Shown in pieces: positions 19,101 to 27,764 of a stretch of 64,000 nucleotides of DNA (position 1 is its first letter; each line of letters begins with the position of its first letter). The stretch comes from Gammaproteobacteria bacterium (GTDB taxonomy: Bacteria > Pseudomonadota > Gammaproteobacteria > DSM-16500): assembly GCA_013287845.1 (NCBI GenBank), contig JABDDA010000002.1, forward strand, positions 10,605 to 74,604, written 5' to 3'. The position numbers were made by a program, and so were the translations under genes. The notes below the pieces were generated by a model. It saw only the letters and a list, made by a program, of their open reading frames with translations, ran no database searches and was not told where the DNA came from.

Positions 19101-20396
19101 ATGGAAGACACTAGAAAATTAGGTTTTTGGGAAACAGTCCGCCAAAATACACATCTCAATAAATTCGGTACTTCATTCATTAGTATCGTCGCACAAATTA
19201 AAGGGCCCTTAACAGAAGATTTAGTTCGCAAAGCAACTCATTTATTATTTAACCAACAACCCTTACTACGCGCACGAATTGAAAAAAAATTAGATTCTTA
19301 TGAATTTAAACTCGATCGCAAATTCAGCGATATTCCTTTTAAAATTATCAAAAAAAATTCCCCTTCACAATACAGAAAAATCATTGAACAAGAACTTTCT
19401 ATTCCTCCTGAGACAGATCATTATCTATGGAGGATTATATTCTTACAGGGAAATAATACAGCTAATGAACATGAAGTCCTTTTCTTTTTTCATCATTCCA
19501 TTGCAGATGGATCAATTATTTATTTCATTCGAGATTTATTAAATTATTGTCATCAATTAAGCGACGGTGAAAAAATTTCCTCTACAGAGTTTCCACTGAT
19601 TTCATATGTAGAAAATAGGTTAGCAAAAAAATTATTGTGGAAAGATTATGTAAAAAATCTTAATGATTATCACTTTATTCCACAAATAGAAAAATGGCAC
19701 TATGCTACCAACACACCTTTAGGCACGCGAATCACACACGGTTTATATCATGAAATAGCAATGACCCAAATCAATCTGCTGCGTGAATCGTGTCGTCGAG
19801 AAAATGTGACGCTCAATAGTGCATTTGCAGCTGCATTATTGTTAAGTGGTTATAAAAATAATATTCACAAAGGCCCTCTTTCTATTCTTACGTTTGTTAA
19901 CTTAAGAGAATATTGCGCACCTCCTGTTCCAAAAGATTATTTAGGTTGTTATGTTTCTTCTGTTTTGACAAAACACGATATTAAAGAAAATAATTTATGG
20001 AAAATAGCACGTGACTATCAAAAACAATTGCATGATGCGATACCTAAAGTTCTTTTTACACCGTATGAATTTCCACAAGCTGAATTGAAAAAATTTAGTA
20101 TTGCAAATCCACTGGGAATGTTATCAAAATCAGAAAATACAAAAGAACAAGAAACATTTAATGTTGATTTCTGTATTACTAATTTAGGACACGTTGATAT
20201 TCCCGATACTTACGGCCCTTTCCAATTAAATAATTTTTATTTTGGTACATCACGCCAAGCAGGAGACATCGGCATCATCGCAAATATTATTTCATTACAT
20301 CAAAAAATGTTTATGTGTTTTGGTTATGTTGAACCTTTAATCGATAAAACATTTGCAGCAACGTTGATTGACACGATGATGGAAGAATTAAAATAA
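19101..20396 (+). CDS. stand-alone condensation/acyltransferase-like protein (HHxxxDG)
   Basis: 431-aa ORF with FFFHHSIADGSI, which matches the HHxxxDG motif of NRPS C domains, PapA5 and wax-ester synthase acyltransferases. Confidence 0.6.
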   Translation: MEDTRKLGFWETVRQNTHLNKFGTSFISIVAQIKGPLTEDLVRKATHLLFNQQPLLRARIEKKLDSYEFKLDRKFSDIPFKIIKKNSPSQYRKIIEQELSIPPETDHYLWRIIFLQGNNTANEHEVLFFFHHSIADGSIIYFIRDLLNYCHQLSDGEKISSTEFPLISYVENRLAKKLLWKDYVKNLNDYHFIPQIEKWHYATNTPLGTRITHGLYHEIAMTQINLLRESCRRENVTLNSAFAAALLLSGYKNNIHKGPLSILTFVNLREYCAPPVPKDYLGCYVSSVLTKHDIKENNLWKIARDYQKQLHDAIPKVLFTPYEFPQAELKKFSIANPLGMLSKSENTKEQETFNVDFCITNLGHVDIPDTYGPFQLNNFYFGTSRQAGDIGIIANIISLHQKMFMCFGYVEPLIDKTFAATLIDTMMEELK

Positions 20397-20403
20397 AGAA
20401 AAG

Positions 20404-20442
20404 ATCAAGCTTGCGCATAACACAAGCTTGATTTTATTTTTT
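20404..20442. terminator. bidirectional rho-independent terminator
   Basis: Perfect 10-bp stem ATCAAGCTTG (20404..20413) with CAAGCTTGAT (20423..20432), followed by TTTTATTTTTT. Lies between convergent genes. Confidence 0.7.
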
Positions 20443-20926
20443 AAGATTGACGTAACATTTTCATTTCATTGATTGCAACAGATTTTGGAACTTCAACATA
20501 GATCCAGTTACCTTTCACAATCGATCCTGGAACAAGCGTAGAATTTCCAACAGCGACTCCTGGTTTAATATCCCAACCCACCGACCAAATTATTTTTACA
20601 TATTTCACTTCGCGTGGACGAACGGATAATGAATGATTAATTGTGTGATGACCAAATACACTTCCGCTATTGGAATCAGGTATCGATAATTCATGTGTTC
20701 CTGGATTCAAACGCACAAATACAAAACCGGTATCTTTTAAATTCGCGGCTTGATTTCCATCAACTGATAATTCCAATCCTGATCCTGAAAGAACATGATG
20801 CGGACGATACACATACATACCTGTATTACCTTGCGCAGCATTTGATTCAGAATAAAGTGCGCCTGAAGAAGTGCTGGTACATGCTGTTAATAAAGAAAAC
20901 ATAAAGATCATTAAATATTTATACAT
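20441..20926 (-). CDS. lipoprotein, DUF2846-like
   Basis: Signal peptide with an LLTAC lipobox. YVYRPHH..LSVDGNQ..LNPGTHEL pattern. Confidence 0.6.
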   Translation of the reverse strand: MYKYLMIFMFSLLTACTSTSSGALYSESNAAQGNTGMYVYRPHHVLSGSGLELSVDGNQAANLKDTGFVFVRLNPGTHELSIPDSNSGSVFGHHTINHSLSVRPREVKYVKIIWSVGWDIKPGVAVGNSTLVPGSIVKGNWIYVEVPKSVAINEMKMLRQS

Positions 20927-20952
20927 AAAATAACTCCTCTTAATAAATTTAA

Positions 20953-21696
20953 TTATTCTTGCATCACCACTAATCGTTTATAAATTTCTCCATAAAGAAT
21001 CAAACAAAATGGAACCGTCCAAACATACGCAATCCCTAATGAAAAAGCACTTACTGCTAAAATAAAAAGCATCAGAATCAATAACAAAATAATTCGACAA
21101 ACATTCGATTGCGTTGCTTTGTAAGACGCTTTTATTGCCGCCCACGGATTCAATCCTTTCATAAGAATTAATCCATACACTAATTTAAAACGAATTACTA
21201 AATAAAATGCGAATACACCCGTTACCATTCCTAAAATATAAGACAATGCAGTCAGCAATTTCATAATGGTATTTAAATTAGATCCGATGAAAGAAGAATT
21301 TGCGATAGGCAAAAATACTAATTTAGGTAACCAAAGAAATACACAAGGCACAAGCATTATTGCAAAAATAAGCAGCACATATCCAAACATTTTTAAAATA
21401 ACATTTAATTTAAAAGCTTGCTTAATCATATTTAATTTAATATTCATATCCATTGCACGCTGTATTCCTAAATAAAATAAACTCCATTGCAAAGGATAAG
21501 TAATAAAAACTATTACGCCAATTGAAGCAACAGCAATTAAAATTTTTCCTACACCTTCATGAGGAAAAATTTTAGCAACCGGAATAAAATAACTTGCGAT
21601 ATAACACACAAAAACAATAAAAAATGTACTCTTTGAACTTTTTACTTTGCTCCACGCACTTTTAATAGTTTCAGTAATAGGTAAAGTAGGATTCAT
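20953..21696 (-). CDS. multi-pass inner-membrane protein, family uncertain
   Basis: 247-aa ORF with about 6 hydrophobic segments. Lies 1 nt downstream of the Sel1 gene. Confidence 0.55.
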   Translation of the reverse strand: MNPTLPITETIKSAWSKVKSSKSTFFIVFVCYIASYFIPVAKIFPHEGVGKILIAVASIGVIVFITYPLQWSLFYLGIQRAMDMNIKLNMIKQAFKLNVILKMFGYVLLIFAIMLVPCVFLWLPKLVFLPIANSSFIGSNLNTIMKLLTALSYILGMVTGVFAFYLVIRFKLVYGLILMKGLNPWAAIKASYKATQSNVCRIILLLILMLFILAVSAFSLGIAYVWTVPFCLILYGEIYKRLVVMQE

Positions 21697-21697
21697 T

Positions 21698-22546
21698 TTA
21701 TCTCCTCGTTAAATAAAATAGTGTCGTATAAATAAATGGAAAAATATGTTTCTTGCGTAAGCTACCCAGTTGCCATTCCAATTGATCACCTTTTTTGATT
21801 GCTTGATACGATTTTTCATAATCCACTAACGTACCATAACCATAAAAATACATATCACTTAAATTATAATTTGCTTCTTTCAAACCCCAATCAGCAGCGA
21901 CTTTCATCCATTGAAAAGATTTTTGGGGTTGTCGTTTTTCTTTCAGCGTTCCAACCATATACCCCAACGATAAATAAAAACAATTTAACGCAAATGAATT
22001 TTTTTGTTCTTGAGTCAGTGGTAATCCCATTAATTGATTCGCATAATATTCTGCTTTATTCAAATCACGAAATTCAACCAATCCAGATTCATACGAAATA
22101 ATCAAAGCAAGTAAACTATAAATTTTTCTATCACGCGGTTGATTGATTAAAGCAGCTTCTATTTCTGATCTCGCTTGAATGATTTCATCATCCGATGCAT
22201 CAATGAGCCCTGCTAATTTTGCTGAAGATAAATTTTCTTTTGCTTTTTGATTTCCTAAATTAGCTGAACGCATTTCATATTCAGTTGCTTTATTGAAATT
22301 AGAGGGATGGCCTTCAAATGTCATGCCTGTTAAATGAGCAAGCAAATAAAATGCTTCATCATTATTAGGATTATATTGAATCGATTTTTCCAATAATTGA
22401 ATTGCGTTTGAAAAATCTTTTTTATTTTCTGCTGCTTTTGCTTGGACGTAATATTTATTACTTAATACAGCATTGGTTTCTTGCGCATTGACCGCAAACG
22501 CAGTGATTGCTGAAAATAAAAGAATAAGCGCGGTTAATTTTTTCAT
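21698..22546 (-). CDS. secreted Sel1/TPR-repeat protein
   Basis: Signal peptide MKKLTALILLFSAITAFAVNAQE. Sel1-like repeats, for example AADWGLKEANYNLSDMYFYGYGTLVDYEKS. Confidence 0.7.
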   Translation of the reverse strand: MKKLTALILLFSAITAFAVNAQETNAVLSNKYYVQAKAAENKKDFSNAIQLLEKSIQYNPNNDEAFYLLAHLTGMTFEGHPSNFNKATEYEMRSANLGNQKAKENLSSAKLAGLIDASDDEIIQARSEIEAALINQPRDRKIYSLLALIISYESGLVEFRDLNKAEYYANQLMGLPLTQEQKNSFALNCFYLSLGYMVGTLKEKRQPQKSFQWMKVAADWGLKEANYNLSDMYFYGYGTLVDYEKSYQAIKKGDQLEWQLGSLRKKHIFPFIYTTLFYLTRR

Positions 22547-23046
22547 GCCAACTCCTCGAATTATTGGTATTTTTTTGAGGCGTTAAAGTATCTTCCCCAC
22601 CCCAAAAAAGTGCATTATTTAATCATTTTTTGAGCATTTTGTCAAAAAATAGGTTAAAATTACCGCATTAAAAACAATAAACTGGGTCTATAAAAAGTGA
22701 AACGTTCAACGCATAAATTAATCGTCAGCACACTCTATTTATGTGTGTGGATTTGTTTTCTGATTTCAAATTTATTTTCTAAACCACACGATTACATTAA
22801 AGATGTTGCTGTATTTTTGTGGTTAATGGCAGGTGTAATGGATATTCATAAAACGTATTCTGATCTTAATAAAAAAGAAAATAAAATTTATCCGGCACCA
22901 CTTAGTACAAATGTTACACTAACCGTATAAAAAAATTGTAGCAAATTTAATCAAAAATCCCTATGAATTAAGCACAAAAAATACTCACGCTTTCTTTTTA
23001 ATTTTAATTCTTTATAATCGGCACAAATAAAAATAGGGAAAATCGA

Positions 23047-23667
23047 ATGTGTGATTTATTTTTTTGTTGCTGCAGTAATAATAATGATGAGAAAAGAATA
23101 GCGGATAAATACAACGCGCTTTTGAATCAAATAAGAATTACAGAAATTTTACGTGATATTGAATCTTCATTTAATCGAACACCTCAATCTAATTTAGCAA
23201 ATAACGAAGATGCAACTGATTTATCAGCAAGAGAAACAATTTCCATTAGTTTTGAAGACATGTCTACCAAATTAAAAAAACATGGTTTATTACCAGGTGA
23301 TACGTTTGAGATGCTTCATTATTTATTTCTTAACAAAGACGTGTTTAAAAAGTCAGGCGCAGCACTGACTCAATATATTATTGCTCATGCATGCCAAACG
23401 TTTGGTACTTATAAAGATCTGACAAGAGAATTATCTCGCACTGCACAAGTCACATTGCTTACAGAAAATGAATTAACTGATGAACTCAGTGAAAAACTTT
23501 ATAAGTTTGCTTCTGATTTTCATGCTTCTTATCTCATCTCAACAGATATTGCGACTACAAGACCTACGCTGAGAAAAATATTTAGTTACATCACCACGCA
23601 AACACATGTAGAAAACGCAGCACAAAAAAAAGCACCGATTTCGACCGAAATGAAAAGAATGGGTTGA
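23047..23667 (+). CDS. hypothetical protein with Cys-cluster N-terminus (MCDLFFCCCS)
   Basis: 206-aa ORF with a GGGAAAATCGA-ATG context. No family recognised. Confidence 0.5.
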   Translation: MCDLFFCCCSNNNDEKRIADKYNALLNQIRITEILRDIESSFNRTPQSNLANNEDATDLSARETISISFEDMSTKLKKHGLLPGDTFEMLHYLFLNKDVFKKSGAALTQYIIAHACQTFGTYKDLTRELSRTAQVTLLTENELTDELSEKLYKFASDFHASYLISTDIATTRPTLRKIFSYITTQTHVENAAQKKAPISTEMKRMG

Positions 23668-23726
23668 GTATTTTTAATAATTATTTTCGTTTATAATACG
23701 GCTCTTTTTCATCAGGGTCATATGCC

Positions 23727-25499
23727 ATGTCCACTTTTACAAAATCATCTTTATCATTTATGGACGTGGTGCGTTTTGCTGCATGCTATTGGTTTAAACA
23801 ACCCAAAAAGTTTTTTCTTATTCTTTTTATTACGCTCACAGCGGCGTTTCTTGAAACGTATTTACCCAGTGCGTTATCTTCATTTTTAGCTGGAATCCAA
23901 CAACACCAGAATAAAACAATCATTTTAAATTATTTGGGCGTTTTTCTAGGCGTCTATCTCAGCTATGAATTACTCTATTCTATAGTGTTTTTAATTTATA
24001 ATTCATTTGAAACGAATTTATTTAAATCACTTATCGATGATGTATTCAAACATATTTATACCTTACCCGAAAAATTTTTCGCAAATACCTTTGCGGGAAG
24101 CATTATTTCAAAAATGAATCGTGCGCGAAATAAAATAGAAGTATTTGAAGATCAAATACTCATGCGAATCTTTCCTACAGCAATTATTTTAATTGGCAGT
24201 ATTTTTTTTCTTTCTTTAAAATTTCCTTTGCTAGCACTTTTATTGTTAGCGTATCTCATTATTTTCATCATCGTCAGTTCATTTTTAGTATTGAAAATTT
24301 CAGGGCCTGCACAAGGTGTCTATGCCGATGCGCAAGACCATTTTAATGCACACATTGCAGATAGCATCAGCGGAGTCACTTCAACTAAATCTTTTGCACA
24401 AGAACCTTTTGAGCTTTCTCGCTTTTTAAATGTCACCAGTGAATTACGAATTAAAAATCTTCGCGCGTATCATTTAGGAAATTTATCTGGATTTATTCAG
24501 CGTATTTTATTAGCAGGAATGCTTACTATTTTAATGGGTGGAGGCGTTTGGTATTTTTTTCACGATAAAGCCTCTATTGAAAATATGGCGTATTTAGCGC
24601 TAGCTTATACGATTATGCAATCTTATATTCGTGATGTCGGAGAAAATCTTAAAAATCTTTTAACATCTTCATATGATTTGCATGGCGTGATTGAATTATT
24701 AAACGAAAAACCTGAAGTGGCGATCGATAAAAAACTTATCGATTTAAATATTAATAAAGGCGAAATTATTTTTGATGATGTTGAATTTACTTACCCTGAT
24801 AAAATTGTTCCGACGTTTAAAAATTTTTCAGTAAAAATAAATGCGGGTGAACGCATTGCACTGGTCGGACATTCTGGCGGTGGAAAAACCAGTTTTATTC
24901 GTTTAATACAATGTTTGTATTCGATTCAAAAAGGAAAAATTTTTATTGATGGACAAGATATTAATTTAGGCTCGCGCGAATCTTTACGAAGTGCAATTGC
25001 GTTAGTTCCACAAGATCCTATTTTATTTCACAGAACATTACGCGAAAATATTGCGTATGCAAAACCGTCTGCCACTATGAATGAAATTCGTGCTGCTGCA
25101 GAAAAAGCACATATTGAAAATTTTATTTTAAGTTTGCCTCAGCAATATGAAACATTAGTCGGTGAACGCGGAATTAAATTATCAGGTGGTGAACGTCAAC
25201 GTATTGCCATTGCACGCGCTATTTTAGCTGATCGTCCTATTTTAATTTTAGATGAAGCAACGAGTTCTTTGGATTCAGAAAGTGAACGCGCCATACAAGA
25301 TGCATTACACATTTTAATTAATGGGCGAACCTCCATCATGATTGCGCATCGTCTTTCAACCATTTTAGATGCGGATCGTATTTTAGTTTTTGATTCAGGA
25401 AAAATTGTAGAAGAAGGCTCGCACGCTGACTTACTTAAACAAAATGGAATTTATGCGAATTTATTTAAGTTGCAATCGGGTGGATTTATTGCGGGATAA
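23727..25499 (+). CDS. ABC exporter, fused permease/ATPase (MsbA/MdlB-like)
   Basis: Six-TM N-terminal half. Walker A GHSGGGKTS, signature LSGGERQR, Walker B ILILDEATS. Confidence 0.88.
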   Translation: MSTFTKSSLSFMDVVRFAACYWFKQPKKFFLILFITLTAAFLETYLPSALSSFLAGIQQHQNKTIILNYLGVFLGVYLSYELLYSIVFLIYNSFETNLFKSLIDDVFKHIYTLPEKFFANTFAGSIISKMNRARNKIEVFEDQILMRIFPTAIILIGSIFFLSLKFPLLALLLLAYLIIFIIVSSFLVLKISGPAQGVYADAQDHFNAHIADSISGVTSTKSFAQEPFELSRFLNVTSELRIKNLRAYHLGNLSGFIQRILLAGMLTILMGGGVWYFFHDKASIENMAYLALAYTIMQSYIRDVGENLKNLLTSSYDLHGVIELLNEKPEVAIDKKLIDLNINKGEIIFDDVEFTYPDKIVPTFKNFSVKINAGERIALVGHSGGGKTSFIRLIQCLYSIQKGKIFIDGQDINLGSRESLRSAIALVPQDPILFHRTLRENIAYAKPSATMNEIRAAAEKAHIENFILSLPQQYETLVGERGIKLSGGERQRIAIARAILADRPILILDEATSSLDSESERAIQDALHILINGRTSIMIAHRLSTILDADRILVFDSGKIVEEGSHADLLKQNGIYANLFKLQSGGFIAG

Positions 25500-27536
25500 T
25501 TATTTTCGCTTGCGTTTATTACTTGGATTTTCCGCTATCATCGATACTGTTGCAGCTGTATTTGCTGTTGAAATGGAACTTGAACTACCACCTACTGCTG
25601 CAGTAATAATCGCACAGCTTGAACTTGCTGCTGTTGCAGCACGCAAATGATTTCGACAAAAAATAGACTCTCTAAAATTACTTAATAGCTGAACAGAAGG
25701 TGTTGCGGGCGGAAATAAATCTTCGTAATTTTCATCGCACAAAAACATAATTCCTGGCAATAAAGAAAAAATAGAATTTCGAATAGAACTTTTTTGATTC
25801 GCTTGATCACTACTCATCATGACAACTAAATGTTTCCACGCGTGTGAATTATGACGATTTCTTTGCAATGTATATTTTACTTTTTGATGGGCATCAGAAT
25901 TTCTCCCGAAAATTTCATCATCCATTGTTGTAATGTTTCTATTTCTTAAAAGGCCCAAGAAAACTACATTCAAAAAATTTTTACTATTATATGGAAATCT
26001 AATATCAACCAATGTGTTATTCGCAGCAAGCCCACAGCTAAATTCTGATGCTGCTGCGTCATTGATATTATTATCACATGTTTCTAAATTTAACTTATTT
26101 AATCGACATCGAGGATGCGCTAAGAATTTTCCGAACGTAGCAATACCTTTATTATCAAATACTCCTTTTAAAAATAATTCTTCAAGCATAGGAGGAGTAT
26201 TTTTACGCGCACGCGCACAAGAACTCAATGATGAAACTATTTTTAAAATATTTTTCGAACTCAGAAAATGACTGATACGAAATACTCGAAATCTTTCATT
26301 GATATTCAAATTCATTAAAGCGCGAACATCTTTTGAAACAATCGACTCAACATCCCGTTGAAATCCACCCTGAGAATTATCTATTTCAAATTCAGTAATT
26401 TTTTTATTACCTTCTAATTCTGTTGCAATCGCTGCAAGATCAAACGTATGACCCTCCAATACCAAACGACGAAGGCCCGCATGTTTATTTAACATCATAC
26501 CGAATGCTTGCTCTGTGGAAGGGAAGCAAAACCATTTCATTTTTAATGCAGTAAGATTTTGTTTTTGATGTATAAAACGAATGACGTCAGAGGATACTTC
26601 GATAGCTCTCCTTCCCATCGCATTAAAAGTTAATTCTGTTAATGTAGGGGGACTTGAAATGACCGCTAATACTTCTTTACTTAATCCTTCTGATAAAGAA
26701 GTCGAATCTAATTTAAGTTTTTTTAATTGCTTGCATTGCCCTAAAAAATTTGAAAATTTGGATACCATTTCAGCTGTAAATGCAACCCGTGAAATATCTA
26801 AACAAGTAAGCGTATTCATTAAATTTTTTAGAAAAAGCATATCAACATTTATTTCAGAAGGAGTCATTCGCAATGTCTTTAGTCCATTAATATTTAATTT
26901 TCGAGAAACACAAAAAAAGAAAAAATCAGATAGCCTCCTCTCACCGCTTTCACTTAAATAATTATCAGGTGAAAGATGAATCATCTGAATATGCGGAAGA
27001 AATTTTAAAAAATATTCTAAAGAACCCACATTCCAATCCGTCAATAAATGCTTTCTTAAATTCAGCTCACTATTGTGTAAATCACTTTCCATGAATATTT
27101 CTATTAAAGAAAGTAAGGAAGTAATTTTTCGAGGAGATTGATAAGGAATTTCAACTGCGTCTGCAGCTTGTAAACTCGAGCTCACACTTGATAAAAGTTT
27201 TAATCCTTTGCGATTTTGAATTTCTTCATCCATGACTGCTTTTGCCATTCTTGCGATTTTAAATCGCGTCACTGAACAGCCCACTTCTTTTCTAAATTGT
27301 TCTTTTTCTTTTGAAGTGGTAGGTTCTTTTAATTCACCATTCACTAACCATCCTGTTGCTTCAGCGTGATAGCTTGCTTGGTTAACAAAATAAAGTTGAA
27401 GGTATTCTTGTTTAAATGTTTCATCATCAAGATGTCGATAAAGATGTTGCATACTTGCTATATAAGCATCATGCATTTTAGCTTCTAAGGTCGGTTTTTT
27501 ATTGTCTTTTGATGTGCTGCTTGCAGTGCTTTGCAT
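25500..27536 (-). CDS. leucine-rich-repeat (RNI-like) protein, effector-like
   Basis: 678-aa ORF. The central part is built of ~28-aa L-rich units (LKKLKLDSTSLSEGLSKEVLAVISSPPTLTELTF..., LRRLVLEGHTFDLAAIATEL..., LEELFLKGVFDNKGIATFGKFLAH..). The C-terminus is an Ala/Ser/Thr-rich tail ending KRKRK. Confidence 0.65.
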   Translation of the reverse strand: MQSTASSTSKDNKKPTLEAKMHDAYIASMQHLYRHLDDETFKQEYLQLYFVNQASYHAEATGWLVNGELKEPTTSKEKEQFRKEVGCSVTRFKIARMAKAVMDEEIQNRKGLKLLSSVSSSLQAADAVEIPYQSPRKITSLLSLIEIFMESDLHNSELNLRKHLLTDWNVGSLEYFLKFLPHIQMIHLSPDNYLSESGERRLSDFFFFCVSRKLNINGLKTLRMTPSEINVDMLFLKNLMNTLTCLDISRVAFTAEMVSKFSNFLGQCKQLKKLKLDSTSLSEGLSKEVLAVISSPPTLTELTFNAMGRRAIEVSSDVIRFIHQKQNLTALKMKWFCFPSTEQAFGMMLNKHAGLRRLVLEGHTFDLAAIATELEGNKKITEFEIDNSQGGFQRDVESIVSKDVRALMNLNINERFRVFRISHFLSSKNILKIVSSLSSCARARKNTPPMLEELFLKGVFDNKGIATFGKFLAHPRCRLNKLNLETCDNNINDAAASEFSCGLAANNTLVDIRFPYNSKNFLNVVFLGLLRNRNITTMDDEIFGRNSDAHQKVKYTLQRNRHNSHAWKHLVVMMSSDQANQKSSIRNSIFSLLPGIMFLCDENYEDLFPPATPSVQLLSNFRESIFCRNHLRAATAASSSCAIITAAVGGSSSSISTANTAATVSMIAENPSNKRKRK

Positions 27537-27570
27537 CGAACTCTCTCGTTTTGTTTTTTTAGAGAGTCAC

Positions 27571-27602
27571 AGTATACAAAATTAACCTTAAAAAAACCTT
27601 AA
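27571..27602 (-). promoter_or_regulatory. candidate promoter: tandem TTAAGGTT repeats (11-bp period) plus TATACT -10
   Basis: The minus strand reads GTTAAGGTTTTTTTAAGGTTAATTTTGTATACT. Repeats lie at 27595..27602 and 27584..27591, and the -10 at 27571..27576, about 35 nt before the LRR ATG. Confidence 0.4.
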
Positions 27603-27748
27603 CGGCACCTCTAGAAATTGCTATTTTTCGTTATAACTTCGTTGCGCTCATTTTTAAAATGCTCATTTATTAGCATATAAACTCCGCTTTTAAAAATTCG
27701 CGCGCCTCGTTCTAACGCAAAATATCTAATTTCTAGAGGTGCCTTTAA
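27599..27748. repeat. MITE-like long imperfect palindrome
   Basis: Terminal inverted repeats TTAACGGCACCTCTAGAAATT (27599..27619) and AATTTCTAGAGGTGCCTTTAA (27728..27748), 20/21 complementary. The interior is also partly self-complementary. No ORF. Confidence 0.55.
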
Positions 27749-27764
27749 AAAAGCCTAAATTTTA

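Noticed and set aside
22697..22930. 77-aa GTG-start ORF with two hydrophobic segments in the 500-bp spacer.
   Set aside because: It has no convincing RBS or recognisable family. It could be a real small membrane protein, but the sequence alone does not support it.
25933..26961. Plus-strand ORFs 25933..26271 and 26581..26961.
   Set aside because: They are antisense within the 678-aa LRR gene, with no independent start signals. The same applies to 25444..25650, which overlaps the ABC and LRR gene ends.
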